Positions 63,592 to 64,000 of a stretch of DNA of 64,000 nucleotides are shown one piece after another. The position numbers were made by a program, and so were the translations under genes. Source of the DNA: Felis catus. Taxonomy: Eukaryota. The stretch is from contig NC_058368.1 in the NCBI RefSeq assembly GCF_018350175.1, positions 8,556,001 through 8,620,000 of the forward strand, read 5' to 3'. Positions within the stretch are counted from its first letter, which is position 1; each line of letters opens with the position of its first letter. The notes beneath the pieces are model-generated. The model saw nothing but the letters and a program-made list of their open reading frames with translations. It did not search any database and had not been told where the DNA came from.

Positions 63592-63930
63592 CCATTTGTA
63601 GCAATGTGGATGGAACTGGAGGGTATTCTGCTAAATGAAATAAGTCAGGCAGAGAAAGACAGATACTGTATGTTTTCACTCATATGTGAATCCTGAGAAA
63701 CTTAACAGAAGACCACAAGGGAGGGGAAGGGGAAAAAAAAGAAGTTACAGAGAGGGAAGGAGGCAAACCATAAGAGACTCTTAAATACTGAAAACAAACT
63801 GAGGGTGGATGGGGGTGGGGAGAGGGGAAAGTGGGTGATGGGCATTGAGGAGGGCACCTGTTGGGATGAGCACTGGGTGTTGTACGGAAACCAATTTGAC
63901 AATAAATTATATTTAATATAAAAAATAAAA
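63592..63930 (+). mobile_element. Young 5'-truncated feline L1 3' end
   Basis: Feline L1 3'UTR (gggaaggaggcaaaccataagagactcttaaatactg; gggcacctgttgggatgagcactggg; ccaatttgacaataaa). Perfect 11-bp TSD ataaaatgtag at 63581-63591 and 63931-63941. Confidence 0.93.
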
Positions 63931-64000
63931 ATAAAATGTAGTACAAATACAACTAAATTATACAACTACGTTCTGGCCAGAAATTTTCACTCAATTGATG

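Noticed and set aside
1..64000. A novel multi-gene, CRISPR-like or prokaryotic-type system
   Set aside because: The DNA is mammalian intron. The recurring ~200-bp repeats are dispersed CanSINEs with individual TSDs, not a repeat-spacer array, and there are no long ORFs or operon structure.

Overview
This is eukaryotic, repeat-rich genomic DNA from a feliform carnivore, most likely a cat. The evidence is about 25 tRNA-derived CanSINE/SINEC copies, some of the young feline type, plus carnivore L1 3' ends. The only coding feature I can support is one internal exon on the + strand (41242/41245-41439). I recognise its peptide from memory as MTUS2 (TIP150/CAZIP), so the rest of the window is most likely MTUS2 intron. 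The intron is filled with L1, L2, MIR, HAL1-like, MaLR and DNA-transposon fossils. It also holds a decayed class-III (ERVL, LTR52-like) provirus at about 30970-35440 on the - strand, with both LTRs, a PBS and pro/RT/RNase H remnants, inserted into an older L1. I found no evidence for a new biological system, and almost all ORFs in the supplied track are repeat-derived or chance. The observations most worth checking are the splice architecture of the MTUS2 exon (NAGNAG acceptor, G-quadruplex next to the donor, frame-symmetric SxLP module), the provirus and its nested inserts, a patchwork SINE 5' junction, adjacent inverted SINE pairs and a CpG/G4/Z-DNA cluster near 56.5-57.3 kb. Repeat family names come from recalled consensus sequences and boundaries are approximate; RepeatMasker/Dfam is needed to confirm them.
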